In this document: piece after piece, positions 1 through 10,900 of the stretch
How positions within the stretch are numbered: the first letter of the stretch is position 1
Layout of the letters: each line of letters starts with the position of its first letter
Source: a bacterium
Lineage (GTDB): Bacteria > Hinthialibacterota > Hinthialibacteria > Hinthialibacterales > Hinthialibacteraceae
Length of the DNA: 64,000 bases
Assembly: GCA_963662285.2 (NCBI GenBank)
Contig: CAXXMV010000006.1
Span: 1,600,001-1,664,000, forward strand
Reading direction: 5' to 3'
Translations under genes and position numbers: made by a program
The notes under the pieces: model-generated
Databases searched by the model: none
The model's input: the letters and a program-made list of their open reading frames with translations, nothing else
What the model was told of the DNA's origin: nothing

Positions 1-573
1 ATGCGGATATTGATGGGTGGAAAAATAGAATACGGTATTATCCTCATAGAAAGTATCCTGCACTCCGTTTCCATGGTGGATATCCCAGTCGATAATCAGT
101 ATTCTGCTTAAATCATGTTTTTTCAAAGCGTAACGGGCGGCGATGGCGATGTTGTTGAAGATGCAGAAACCCATCGATTTATCATGGCAGGCATGGTGGC
201 CCGGAGGTCTTGAAGCGACGAAGGCGGTGTTGGCTTCACCGTTGCAAACGGCGTCTACAGCTGCCAGGCATGCTCCGGTGGATAATCGGGCGATTTCAAA
301 TGAGGCCGGGCTGACTGGAGTGTCGCCATCCGCCATTCCTCCGCCTTTGGTGGATAAATCTTCAATAAATTTTATATGGCTTGCATCATGAACCAGTTCC
401 AATTCCTGGATTGAAGCCAGGCGTGGTTTACGCCAGGCGACAGCATCTTGCGGCAGCATGTTTTTAAGAGCGTTATAAACCGCATCCATGCGTTCCGGTT
501 TTTCCGGGTGCTCGCCCGTTTTATGTTCTTTGAAGCGCTCGGAATAGAATATATGAAGGTAGGATTGCTTCAT
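1..573 (-). CDS. Histone deacetylase-family (AcuC/APAH-like) deacetylase, 3' end beyond window edge
   Basis: Not in ORF track because there is no stop in the window. Manual translation from ATG 573 (RBS AAGGAG): MKQSYLHIFYSERFKEHKTGEHPEKPERM...RPPGHHA...MGFCIFNNIAIAA...IIDWDIHHGNG, the canonical HDAC motifs. Confidence 0.93.
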   Translation of the reverse strand, partial: MKQSYLHIFYSERFKEHKTGEHPEKPERMDAVYNALKNMLPQDAVAWRKPRLASIQELELVHDASHIKFIEDLSTKGGGMADGDTPVSPASFEIARLSTGACLAAVDAVCNGEANTAFVASRPPGHHACHDKSMGFCIFNNIAIAARYALKKHDLSRILIIDWDIHHGNGVQDTFYEDNTVFYFSTHQYPH

Positions 574-596
574 TTTATTCTCCTTTTGCATGACTG

Positions 597-1238
597 CTAT
601 ACATTGTCCAGTGTTGTTGTATGTCCAGGGATGATTCCTTTTGATATAAGCATGGGGCTAATGCGGTCGCGGCGTAAGCGGTCCGCTCTGATAATGCTGT
701 GGACGTCGTCCCGTGCGTTTTCCAGAATATTATTGATGACGAAATAATTGAATATATCCAGGTAACGCATTTCCTGTTCGACGCGCTCAATACGATAGTC
801 GAGGTCGTCGCCCGTGCCTTTTTCACGTGAGAAGAGTCTTTCACGCAATGCTTCCAGTGAAGGAGGCATGAGATAGATCAGGATGGCGTTTTTATACAGC
901 GACCTGATAGATGCTGCGCCTTGTATATCAATATCCAGGATTACATCCAGTCCCTTATTGAATTGTTCATCCAGAAATGAGCGAAGCGTACCGTAGTAAT
1001 TTTCATAGACTGTAGCCCATTCCGCCAGTTCATGTTTTTGGACGGCTTGTTCAAAATGTTGTTTTGATACGAAAAAGTAGTTTTCGCCTTCTTTTTCGCC
1101 CGGTCTGGGAGAGCGGGTGGTCATGGAGATGGAATGGATTAATTCCGGACATATTTTGATAACTTGAGATACAACTGTATTCTTACCTACTCCTGATGGT
1201 CCGGAAACTACGATGGGGATGCCTTTGATGCATGACAT
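597..1238 (-). CDS. gmk: Guanylate kinase
   Basis: SGPSGVGKNT P-loop, TTRSPRPGE..G..YFFVS, YYGT, LDIDIQGA. Confidence 0.97.
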   Translation of the reverse strand: MSCIKGIPIVVSGPSGVGKNTVVSQVIKICPELIHSISMTTRSPRPGEKEGENYFFVSKQHFEQAVQKHELAEWATVYENYYGTLRSFLDEQFNKGLDVILDIDIQGAASIRSLYKNAILIYLMPPSLEALRERLFSREKGTGDDLDYRIERVEQEMRYLDIFNYFVINNILENARDDVHSIIRADRLRRDRISPMLISKGIIPGHTTTLDNV

Positions 1239-1286
1239 TATCTAGTATTCACTTTCAAAAATAAATTATTGATTTTATGTAAACCA

Positions 1287-2774
1287 TTATCGCGTCCAGA
1301 AGCGCGGCGCAGTAAGGATCAAGACTGAGTATAACTCAAGTCTTCCGACAATCATGCAAAAAGAGAGCCACCACTTAATCAGAAGGGGTAAACCGGCGAA
1401 ATTATCATAAGGTCCAACCGCTCCCAATCCCGGACCTATATTAAAAAGGCAAGCGGCGGTGGCGGTCATTGATGTGATGAAATCCATATCAAATGCAGAT
1501 AATAGCAGGGTTGAAAAAATAAAGATGGCGCCGACCAGAATAAAGAAGCCGCTGATGCCGTAGAGTACTTTATCTGAAACCGGTACACCATCCTGTTTTA
1601 TGATTACTACAGACGTGGGGTAGAGCAGACGCAGCATTTCGCGGTAGGCGATTTTGGCAAGAAGAATAATGCGGATAACTTTCATACCACCGCCAGTTGA
1701 ACCAGCGCATCCACCGATAAACATCAGGAAAAAGAGGATCATGCAAGCCATTTTGGGCCATATCTCAAAATCAGCTGTGCAGTAGCCAGTGGTGGTCATG
1801 ATTGAAACCACCTGAAAAGCTGATTGTTCGATGGAATGAAACCAATTGCCTTCAAGGTCGCTTCCTCCAACCAGCAGGGTGATAACCAGGGTTCCTCCCA
1901 AAAGGAAGAAAATATAAATCCGCAATTCAGTGCTGCGCCAGAAGCAGGAGAATTCCCCTTTCAAAAAGCGGTAATGCAGGGCGAAATTGGCCCCGGCTAT
2001 TATCATGAATACAATAATCACCCAATTAATGGCGTGGCTGTTGTATCCTCCCACGCTCTGAGGATGGGTGGAGAAGCCGCCGGTGGCTACCGTGCCGAAT
2101 GAATGGCATAGGGCTTCGTATAAGTTCATTCCACAGAACATCAAAGCTAAGGTTTGGAGGATGGTAACCAGGATATATACCTTGGATAGAGTAAAAGCCG
2201 TGTCTGTGATTCGCGGCTTGAGCCGATCCGTCACCGGGCCGGGCACTTCGGCTTTGAAGAGTTGCATGCCCCCGGCGCCGATCAGGGGAAGAATGGCAAG
2301 CGATAGAACAATAATGCCCATACCGCCCAGCCAATGGCCGGTGCTGCGCCAGAACATGATGCCGTGGGGTTGGTCGAAATCGTTCAGAACGCTGGCGCCG
2401 GTGGTGGTTAAACCGGAAGCGCTTTCGAAAAAACTGTCTGTGAATGATGTGAATACGTTTAATAAAGTATTGCTAGACTCTGGATCAATAAAAGTCTCTG
2501 ATATGAAGAATGGTAATGAACCGAACAGGCTGCATAAGAACCATCCGCCGGTTACGATGAGGAAACCTTCGCGCGGCGTGATGTCAATGTCCTTTTTTTT
2601 ATCGCGGACCAGCAGCATGGCGCCGCCTACGGCTACGGTAAGCAGGATGGATATCACCAGCGGCGATACGCCTCCCGTACCGAACCATAAAGCCATGCCT
2701 AATGCGGGAAGCATGGCGGCGCTGTAGACGATAAGAATCCAACCGAGTATGTATATGACAAGTTCGAGTCGCAT
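1287..2774 (-). CDS. trkH: Trk potassium uptake membrane protein
   Basis: Pore-loop motifs FESASGLTTTGAS, TVATGGFS, TTTGY, NIGPGLG; FIGGCAGSTGGGMK. Confidence 0.96.
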   Translation of the reverse strand: MRLELVIYILGWILIVYSAAMLPALGMALWFGTGGVSPLVISILLTVAVGGAMLLVRDKKKDIDITPREGFLIVTGGWFLCSLFGSLPFFISETFIDPESSNTLLNVFTSFTDSFFESASGLTTTGASVLNDFDQPHGIMFWRSTGHWLGGMGIIVLSLAILPLIGAGGMQLFKAEVPGPVTDRLKPRITDTAFTLSKVYILVTILQTLALMFCGMNLYEALCHSFGTVATGGFSTHPQSVGGYNSHAINWVIIVFMIIAGANFALHYRFLKGEFSCFWRSTELRIYIFFLLGGTLVITLLVGGSDLEGNWFHSIEQSAFQVVSIMTTTGYCTADFEIWPKMACMILFFLMFIGGCAGSTGGGMKVIRIILLAKIAYREMLRLLYPTSVVIIKQDGVPVSDKVLYGISGFFILVGAIFIFSTLLLSAFDMDFITSMTATAACLFNIGPGLGAVGPYDNFAGLPLLIKWWLSFCMIVGRLELYSVLILTAPRFWTR

Positions 2775-3175
2775 GTGTTTTGATTTTCTAACAATTTGAA
2801 CGATGGTTTTTGCTAATTAAAATTTTTGGATAACCAATACTTTACCACAATCGCGCTGAATCAGTAGATGCGTCAAATACTTTAACACAGGCTATTATCA
2901 AGCGATGCCGCAACGCATCTAAAGATTTTTGTTATGTTTATGCTATAATGATTGTCTTGTTAGCATTACTATTTCTATGAACAAACGTATATATATGGCG
3001 ATTGTCAAAACATGCTTTATTCGATAGAGAGATTACTATAAATAAATCGTAATAATTTATAGGCGCCCTCAAGTTCAATGTCCATAGAAAAGAAACTTTG
3101 ATAAATACGTTTATTTTCAGGCTGAAAATACGTTGATTATCTTAATAAATAAACTGAAAATTCCGGGATAAATCG

Positions 3176-5740
3176 ATGTCAATAGTTAGTAAAGTATTAA
3201 AAACAATATTCGGTACGAAACAGGATCGCGATATGAAGCGTTATGCTCCATACATCGAAGCGATCAATGCTATGGAGGATTGGGCTAAAGGATTATCTGA
3301 TAATGAGTTACGTGAACAGTCGGATGTTTTTCGTCAGCGCATTAACGAAGGTGAAGCATTTTATGATCTGATTCCTGAAGCGTTCGCCGTGGTTCGGGAA
3401 GCAGCTCAACGAACTGTGGGGATGCGGCATTTCGACGTCCAGCTGGTTGGCGGTATTGTGCTTTTTGAAGGCAAAATCGCAGAAATGGGAACCGGTGAAG
3501 GTAAAACGCTGGTGGCTACATTACCCGCATATCTTCACGGTTTGACCGGCAAAGGCGTTCATATAGTAACGGTTAACGATTATCTGGCGCGGCGCGACCG
3601 TGAATGGATGGGACCGATCTATGAATTTCTAGGGCTTTCGGTAGGCGTAATCCAAAGCAATATGGATCCGCAAGACCGGCAGGCTAATTACGCCTGTGAT
3701 ATTACTTTTGGTACTAACAATGAGTTCGGCTTCGACTATCTGCGCGACAATATGTCGATCAACAAGGAGTATTGCGTACAACGCGATCTGTATTTCGCTA
3801 TTGTTGACGAGGTAGACAGCATCCTGATTGATGAAGCCCGTACGCCGCTGATTATTTCCGGTCCAGCGGAAGAATCAACCGATAAATACTATATCGTTGA
3901 TCGGGTCGTGAAGAAATTGATCAAACATCAGGATTACACGGTTGAAGAACGAGATCAGGTGGCTATGCTCACCGAAGAAGGCACTGAGAAAATTCAGAAC
4001 CTTCTCAATGTTAATATCTACGAAGAAAAAAATATCGACCTGGTTCATCATGTCCAATCCGCATTGCGCGCCTATAGCTTTTTTAACCGTGATGACCGCT
4101 ATATCGTCGAGAACGGCGAAGTGGTTATTATTGATGAATTCACCGGGCGTAAGATGCCCGGTCGAAGGTATAGCGATGGATTGCATCAGGCCCTGGAAGC
4201 CAAAGAGGGATTGAAAATTCAGCGTGAGAACCAGACGCTGGCTACTATTACTTTCCAAAATTATTTCCGTTTGTATGAAGTCCTGGCCGGTATGACGGGA
4301 ACCGCTGAAACGGAGGCGGATGAGTTTATGGAAATCTATAAACTCGATGTCGTCATTATTCCTTCAAACAAGCCTCTGCAAAGAAACAATTTACCCGACG
4401 CTATTTATAAAACTGAGCGTGAGAAATATAAAGCTATCGTCGATGAGATACATGAGTGTCACCAAAAAGGTCAACCCATGCTGGTGGGTACGGTTTCTAT
4501 CGAGAAGTCGGAGAAACTATCCGCTATGCTCAAGAAGCGCGGCGTTAAGCATGATGTCTTGAATGCCAAGCACCATGAGAGGGAAGCCGATATTGTCGCC
4601 GCTGCGGGGCATAAAGGCGCGGTTACTATCGCCACCAATATGGCGGGGCGCGGTACTGATATTAAACTGGAAGAAGGCGTGGCCGATCTGGGCGGTCTAT
4701 ACGTACTGGGCACCGAGAGGCATGAGAGCCGCCGGATAGATAATCAGCTGCGCGGCCGTTGTGGACGTCAGGGCGATCCCGGACAATCATCTTTCTTCCT
4801 ATCGCTGGATGATGATCTGCTGCGCATCTTCGGCGGCGAGCGCATCAAGTCGCTGGCTGAACGTTTTGGCATGGAAGAAGGTGAAGTCTTGGCGCATGGC
4901 ATGGTCTCCAAGGCTATTGCCAATGCTCAAAAAAAGGTTGAGGCTCATCATTTTGATATTCGTAAACATATCTTGAAATATGATGACGTAATGAATAAAC
5001 AGCGTGAAGTGATCTATGGCGTCAGACATGACCTGCTGCATGATGAGAATCCCGAAGATTATTTCTGGGATATGGCTCTGGAAGTTATCGATTACGTGGT
5101 TGATATTACAATAAACGATCCTCGCGACCAGGATTCGTGGGAAGTTGAAAACCTCAAGAAACTTCTACGGGCGCATTTCAATATAGTTATTCCTTTTGGA
5201 GAAGACCTGCTTAAGTGGTTGGATATTGAAGTCGGGATGAAACGCGAAGATATTATTGAGCGGATTACGGTAAAAGTCCGTGAAAAATATAACGCCCGTA
5301 AAGAGAAATTCGGCGAAGAGATGGCCCATTGGCTTATGTCGATCATTATGCTGCGCACTGTTGACGCCAAGTGGAAAGAACATCTCTATACCATGGATCA
5401 CCTTAAAGATTCGGTCGGGCTGCGCGCTTACGGCCAGAAGGATCCTTTGCAGGAATATCAAAAAGAAGGCTTTGGTCTCTTTCAGGAGATGCATGCCGGG
5501 ATTCAGCAGCAAAGCGTCTCCAGCTGGTTTCATGTTGAGGTGTCGCGGGAATCCACTGCTGAAAGCATGAGACCAACTCAACCGGTTATGAATACCAGCC
5601 ATGGAGAAGGCGGATCTTCTCCAAAACGTTCTCAAAATACAGCATTGAGCCGGAAAATTAAAGTTGGCAGAAATGATACCTGCCCCTGCGGCAGCGGCAA
5701 GAAATATAAGAAATGCTGCATGCTTAAAGAACATGCCTAA
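3176..5740 (+). CDS. secA: Preprotein translocase ATPase SecA
   Basis: EMGTGEGKT, VDEVDSILIDEARTPLIISG, ATNMAGRGTDI, C-terminal SEC-C GRNDTCPCGSGKKYKKCC. Confidence 0.99.
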   Translation: MSIVSKVLKTIFGTKQDRDMKRYAPYIEAINAMEDWAKGLSDNELREQSDVFRQRINEGEAFYDLIPEAFAVVREAAQRTVGMRHFDVQLVGGIVLFEGKIAEMGTGEGKTLVATLPAYLHGLTGKGVHIVTVNDYLARRDREWMGPIYEFLGLSVGVIQSNMDPQDRQANYACDITFGTNNEFGFDYLRDNMSINKEYCVQRDLYFAIVDEVDSILIDEARTPLIISGPAEESTDKYYIVDRVVKKLIKHQDYTVEERDQVAMLTEEGTEKIQNLLNVNIYEEKNIDLVHHVQSALRAYSFFNRDDRYIVENGEVVIIDEFTGRKMPGRRYSDGLHQALEAKEGLKIQRENQTLATITFQNYFRLYEVLAGMTGTAETEADEFMEIYKLDVVIIPSNKPLQRNNLPDAIYKTEREKYKAIVDEIHECHQKGQPMLVGTVSIEKSEKLSAMLKKRGVKHDVLNAKHHEREADIVAAAGHKGAVTIATNMAGRGTDIKLEEGVADLGGLYVLGTERHESRRIDNQLRGRCGRQGDPGQSSFFLSLDDDLLRIFGGERIKSLAERFGMEEGEVLAHGMVSKAIANAQKKVEAHHFDIRKHILKYDDVMNKQREVIYGVRHDLLHDENPEDYFWDMALEVIDYVVDITINDPRDQDSWEVENLKKLLRAHFNIVIPFGEDLLKWLDIEVGMKREDIIERITVKVREKYNARKEKFGEEMAHWLMSIIMLRTVDAKWKEHLYTMDHLKDSVGLRAYGQKDPLQEYQKEGFGLFQEMHAGIQQQSVSSWFHVEVSRESTAESMRPTQPVMNTSHGEGGSSPKRSQNTALSRKIKVGRNDTCPCGSGKKYKKCCMLKEHA

Positions 5741-5767
5741 GCGTGATAAAAAAGTAGTGATAAAAAA

Positions 5768-5860
5768 GTAGGGTGGGCTAAAAGCGACAGCGTAGCCCAC
5801 CATGATAATTAAGTGGCTCAGGTGGGCTACGCCGCTTTCGTGGCTTTTAGCCCACCCTAC
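5768..5860. repeat. GTAG-type REP doublet (inverted pair, REPIN/BIME-like), family A
   Basis: GTAGGGTGGGCTAAAAGC...GTAGCCCACC spacer GGTGGGCTAC...GCTTTTAGCCCACCCTAC, between convergent genes; near-identical element at 11016-11107. Confidence 0.85.
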
Positions 5861-5874
5861 GCGCTGATCATTTT

Positions 5875-7260
5875 TTATTGTGACAATAATACAGCAACGC
5901 TTTGTCCCGGCAGGGCATAATTCAAGCAACCTTTTTTAACGGTTAGCGTTTCTGGATCATTTAATATTTCTATCTTACGGCCATTGATTGATTGCAATCC
6001 ACTGATTTCAAACTCTATCGGTTCGACGGCTTCATTTACGATAATAAATGCATAGTCATCTTTTACTTTTTTAGCCAGTAAAACAACTCCTTTTTCATCC
6101 GAACCATACCTGTGACATTCTTTCAAAGTTATTTTGCTATTAGCGTCTTTGGCAGAAAGGAAGCGTTGCAGCTCACTCAGTTCTGAAACCACTTTTTTGA
6201 TGTCATTCCATAATTCCGAATTTGGTTCAGGAGCGAATGTTCCCCAATAGAGAATGCCGCGCGCTCTATTAACGATGGAGTCGTAAGCCATGAATCTGGT
6301 TTGTTGGTATGTCGGGCGTGGTCTGGTTGTTTCCGGTTTAGCGTCTAGCAAGTCATCCCATCCAAATCCTTGCAGCACCATCCATACCGGTTTTCCGGGA
6401 GCTGAAGCTGCCATGCGGCGGGTATAACTTCCCACGCTGCTAATGTTTCTTTCCTGAAGATCGCTATGCCCGACCTTTGGGCCGAACGGCACGGGATAAA
6501 TATCGCAGCCTACAATATCGGCCACATTTTGGAACTTTTTCAGATCATCCAATGTATTGCGCGGGGCGTGGTTGAACCAGATTACATGTTCTGGATCATT
6601 ATCCCTTACGATTTTTGATCCCTGGTTTAACTGTTGCATCAACGCTGGAATATGCATATACCAATCACTCAATTTCTCACTGGCGCTTTTCATTCCCAAT
6701 GTAAGCCTCATCTGATCTTCGATCTCTTCAGCCTGGGCGTAGCGACCGCTGGAACGGTACCGTTCCCATTGGGTCTGTAATTCGCGCAACTGCGATTGTT
6801 CTTCGTTTGATCCCTTGAAGTTTTTTAAGGCGTTATTTACTTCTTTCCAGCGTACTTGCGCCCTGTTCCATCTCAACCACCAGACATTCCATAAGATTTC
6901 ATCGGGGCCTTCCCAGACCGCTAAGGCCGGGTGTGATTTGTGCTTATTGATCAATTCACTGAGTTTGTCTTTTTGGTTTTGATCCGCAACCGCCCAGTTT
7001 CCTACTGGAATCCAGCATTGCAATCCAGCCTTCTGCGCCCGATCCAGTGATTCAGCATTTGCATTGGCGCGGATCAAATTAAATCCGGCGCCAGCCGCTT
7101 CCTGAGCAAAATCGTCGTTATCCGCAGTCTGGTATAGTCCAAGAACAAAGCGCCGTTCCCCATTCACCATTAACATACCGTCTTTATCGAGCATCGTATT
7201 TCCAGCCCATGATGCGCTGATGCAAAACATTGTTGTCATAAATACAAAGAAATATCTCAT
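5875..7260 (-). CDS. Secreted putative glycoside hydrolase (clan GH-A-like TIM barrel)
   Basis: Signal peptide; HPALAVWEGPDE, ADIVGCDIYP, KPVWMVLQGF, ARGILYW pattern. Confidence 0.6.
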   Translation of the reverse strand: MRYFFVFMTTMFCISASWAGNTMLDKDGMLMVNGERRFVLGLYQTADNDDFAQEAAGAGFNLIRANANAESLDRAQKAGLQCWIPVGNWAVADQNQKDKLSELINKHKSHPALAVWEGPDEILWNVWWLRWNRAQVRWKEVNNALKNFKGSNEEQSQLRELQTQWERYRSSGRYAQAEEIEDQMRLTLGMKSASEKLSDWYMHIPALMQQLNQGSKIVRDNDPEHVIWFNHAPRNTLDDLKKFQNVADIVGCDIYPVPFGPKVGHSDLQERNISSVGSYTRRMAASAPGKPVWMVLQGFGWDDLLDAKPETTRPRPTYQQTRFMAYDSIVNRARGILYWGTFAPEPNSELWNDIKKVVSELSELQRFLSAKDANSKITLKECHRYGSDEKGVVLLAKKVKDDYAFIIVNEAVEPIEFEISGLQSINGRKIEILNDPETLTVKKGCLNYALPGQSVAVLLSQ

Positions 7261-7388
7261 AATGTTGATCCTTTTTTATCTGTATGTCCGTTTTTTATAA
7301 GAGGCGTGTTTATACTAACAAATTTTCGCTTGATACAAAAGCTTAGTGGTTGTTTACCTTAAATTATTGTACAGATCGGGGGGAGATA

Positions 7389-7468
7389 AACAAAAAGCGA
7401 AGTTTTTCGCTTTTTGTTGTTGACAACCAGATTTTATAATGATATATCTAATAGCGAAAGTATTCGCT
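7389..7468. promoter_or_regulatory. Two palindromic AGCGAA-N4-TTCGCT boxes flanking TTGACA; candidate operators of the BlaI-like repressor
   Basis: Boxes at 7396-7411 and 7453-7468; TTGACA at 7420-7425 between them; directly upstream of the repressor gene. Confidence 0.6.
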
Positions 7469-7499
7469 TTTAGATATATCAGCATTAAGGAGGCTGAAA

Positions 7500-7904
7500 G
7501 TGGGACGGAAAAAACGCCAGGTTCTTACAGAACTTGAATTAGAAATAATGCAGCTGGTTTGGCGGCATCCAGAAATTACGGTTGAAAAATTGCAGAAAGA
7601 ATTAGACAAGAATGATCGCCATCTTGCGTTGCCAAGCATCCGCACTATGTTGGATATTTTAATGGAAAAAGGTTATCTCACCCGGACTAAGCAGGGACGC
7701 GGTTATAGATACTGCGCCGCCATCTCGGCGGATGATGCGCAACGCAGTTTCTTAAAGGATATGTTGCAGCGCGTTTTTGATAACTCATCCTTGGGATTGG
7801 TTGCTTCGTTACTCAATAACAAGATGATACCTGAAAAGGATTTAGAACAGGTCAAAAAATTAATCAGCAACTACGAAAGGAAAGACCAAGATGATGATAA
7901 CTAA
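7500..7904 (+). CDS. BlaI/MecI/CopY family transcriptional repressor
   Basis: LTELELEIMQLVW, SIRTMLDILMEKGYL..KQGRGYRY winged helix; overlaps downstream M56 gene. Confidence 0.93.
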   Translation: MGRKKRQVLTELELEIMQLVWRHPEITVEKLQKELDKNDRHLALPSIRTMLDILMEKGYLTRTKQGRGYRYCAAISADDAQRSFLKDMLQRVFDNSSLGLVASLLNNKMIPEKDLEQVKKLISNYERKDQDDDN

Positions 7905-10900
7905 TATACTGGAACTTCTCGATCAAACCGGATACCAAGCCTTCAGCATTCTGCTTGGTTTCACCTGGCAAATGACAGTCTTGATCGCAGCTGCCATTGT
8001 ACTTACATTCGTATTACGTAATCACCGCGCTTCGATCCGCCGCGTAATCTGGATCAGCGCTATTTTGTTGATTCCATTTCTGCCTTTGTTATCCACCCTG
8101 GTTTCAAACGTTGGCATACCCCAAACTCCTGTTGTAACCGTACAGTCCTACAATATGGCGGCTCCTGCTTCAATAACTGAAACTATAGAAGAAACAATGG
8201 TGGATTTACATGAGAAAGAAGCGTCCGGCGCTGTTTCTACGAATATAGTTACAGGTCAAAAAACGCAGCCTTTTTCCATGCTGGATTATCCCTGGGCTTT
8301 GGGATTCATGGCATACATTTTGGGCAGTATGGGGTTCTTGGCGTTGGCAGTACTGGGGCATATCCGCATTGCACGATGGATTTATTCCGCAGTTCCAACC
8401 ACTGATGTAAAATTAAAACTCCATGTGGAAGAGGCCAAAAGCCTGATGGGCATAAGCCGGAAATGTACCGTGCTGGAGAGCGATTGCGTCTCCTCGCCTA
8501 TTGTGGTGGGAGTGTTCCTGCCCCAGATTATTTTTCCACGCCAATTGATAACTGCGCTTTCCACAGATGAAATCCGCTCCATACTGCATCATGAAATGGC
8601 GCATATCAAACGCAATGATCCCGCTATCCTGTCGTGCGTCTCCCTCTTCAGCGTCTTCTTCTATTTCCATCCCCTGTTTTGGTACGCTTATAGGCGGATA
8701 TCGTCATTATCCGAACAGGCGGCGGATGATATGGTGTTGGATCTGGAGAACCAGCCCCTGGGATACGCAAAACTTTTATCCCGGCTTGCTGAAGATAATT
8801 CTCCCGGAAAACTCTCAACCAATTTCGTAACCGGATTCTGCTTATCCCAGCATGTATTCATCAAACGGATCGAAGCCATCCTTTCAAGACAACGTTCTAA
8901 GATGCGGAAACTAACCGGGGCGGCCCTGTCAGCTATCCTCATATCAATGATGGCCGCCATAATGTTCGTAGTGATATTCCCCTCACACCAGGAACTGGCC
9001 ATAGCCCAAACCGCGCCTGCTTCAGAATCCGGGCAGGATGCGTCAAAGCAAGAAGAGCGGGTGTTGGTTTTTCCTGATAATTCTTATATGGGATATTTGA
9101 GAATTAAAAATGGAAACCAATTTTCTCATGGGGCAGCAACGGGGAAAGTTATAGTTTCTGCTAGTGCAATTGTTACACTGGAAATTGAAGATCCTCTCAA
9201 TCCAAAAGAAGAAGATTTACAGTTGTTATTAACCTCTTTAAAATCATTGAAACATGATGATCTTCATACTATCCGCATAGAAACGAAACTGTTTTCAGAA
9301 GAAGATTTACAATATATAGAGGGTCTTACTTCTCTTCGCAGTTTAAGTGTTAATCAAAGGGGAAGGCATCCTCTGTCGATTAACGGATCAGGTTTAAAGT
9401 ATCTCAAAGGGATGAAATCACTGACTAAGTTTGAATGGAAAAATTTTAAAATCAACGATGAAGCCTTGATCTATTTGAAACCGTTAAAATCGTTAGAGAT
9501 TTTATCATTTTATGGCACTCCGGTTGGGGATGAAGGAATCAAGCATATCGCTTCATTGGAAAATCTGAGCGATATCAATTTGCTGAATACCAATGTAACT
9601 GATATAGGTTTGTCTTATCTTGGGAAATTAAAAAAACTGAAGCGATTATCGCTGCCTGCAACGACAACCGCTCGAGGGCTGTCATACCTGTCGGGTATGG
9701 AGCAGTTGGAATATCTACAACTCAATACAAGGTTGCAAGATGCTGGACTCTCGCATCTATCAAACTTACCGAAACTGAAGACGCTAATACTTACTGATAA
9801 CACCTTGGTTAGTGATAAAGGACTTGAGAATTTAAGTGAATTTACTTCTCTGGAATCGATTGACATAAATTCTGATAATATAACAGGCGAATGTTTAAAA
9901 CACTTGCAATCGCTTCCAGCGTTAAAAAGAGTGGACCTTGATTTAAGTATGATGAATGATGAAGGCATGAAATATCTTAGAGGCCTTCCAATTAATCGAT
10001 TACACCTGTCGAATTCAGATATTACTGATCAGGGATTGGCGTCCGTTAATGAAATCTATTCATTGGTGGGAATTGTATTAGATAATACAGCGATTACAGA
10101 TGATGGGTTGAAATATCTTTCTGGTTTACTAGATATACAATATATATCCCTGGATAATACAAAAATTACCGACAAAGGATTGGTATATCTTACGGATCTG
10201 TATCGGCTGGGAGAACTTGGTGTATCTGGAACGGAAGTGTCTGATAAAGGTTTAGAATATTTTAAGGATTTTCAAACTATCAGGAGTCTTGATTTAGGAA
10301 ACACGAAAATCACTGATGAAGGATTAGCGCATATAACGGAATTTCCAAGATTGCATCAATTAACATTGTCACAAACAAAAATCAGTGATAAAAGTTTTGT
10401 TCACCTCAAGAAAATGAAATCATTGAATTATCTGTCAGTCGAAGATACAGAAATGAGTTACAGACGCGTAGAGCGTCTTAGGCCATATCTCCCATATTGT
10501 CGTATATACAGTAACGCCAAGAAAAATCCACCTACAAAAAAGTCATCCGCCCAACCCGACGCAATTGCGCCGGAAATAGAAATTGGGGAATTCATGCAAG
10601 CCTCTCATACAGCCATGGCCAGTTGGGAGGCGCTGCAAGGGAAAGTGGTGGTTTTTGTTTTCTGGGCGACCTGGAATAGCGCCAGCGTGGAAGCCATACC
10701 TCACATTAATGACCTGGCCGAAAAGATGGCTGACAAGCCGGTTCAGTTTATTATGGTGGCATTGGAAAATGAAAGTTATAAAAAAGTAGAGATAATTAAG
10801 GACTTTTTGGAAAAAAACAAAGTCATCCCCTGGGTTGCGCTCGATTCGGATCGAATCATGTATGATCAATACGTAGAAATGTCAGGGGTATCCGGTCTTC

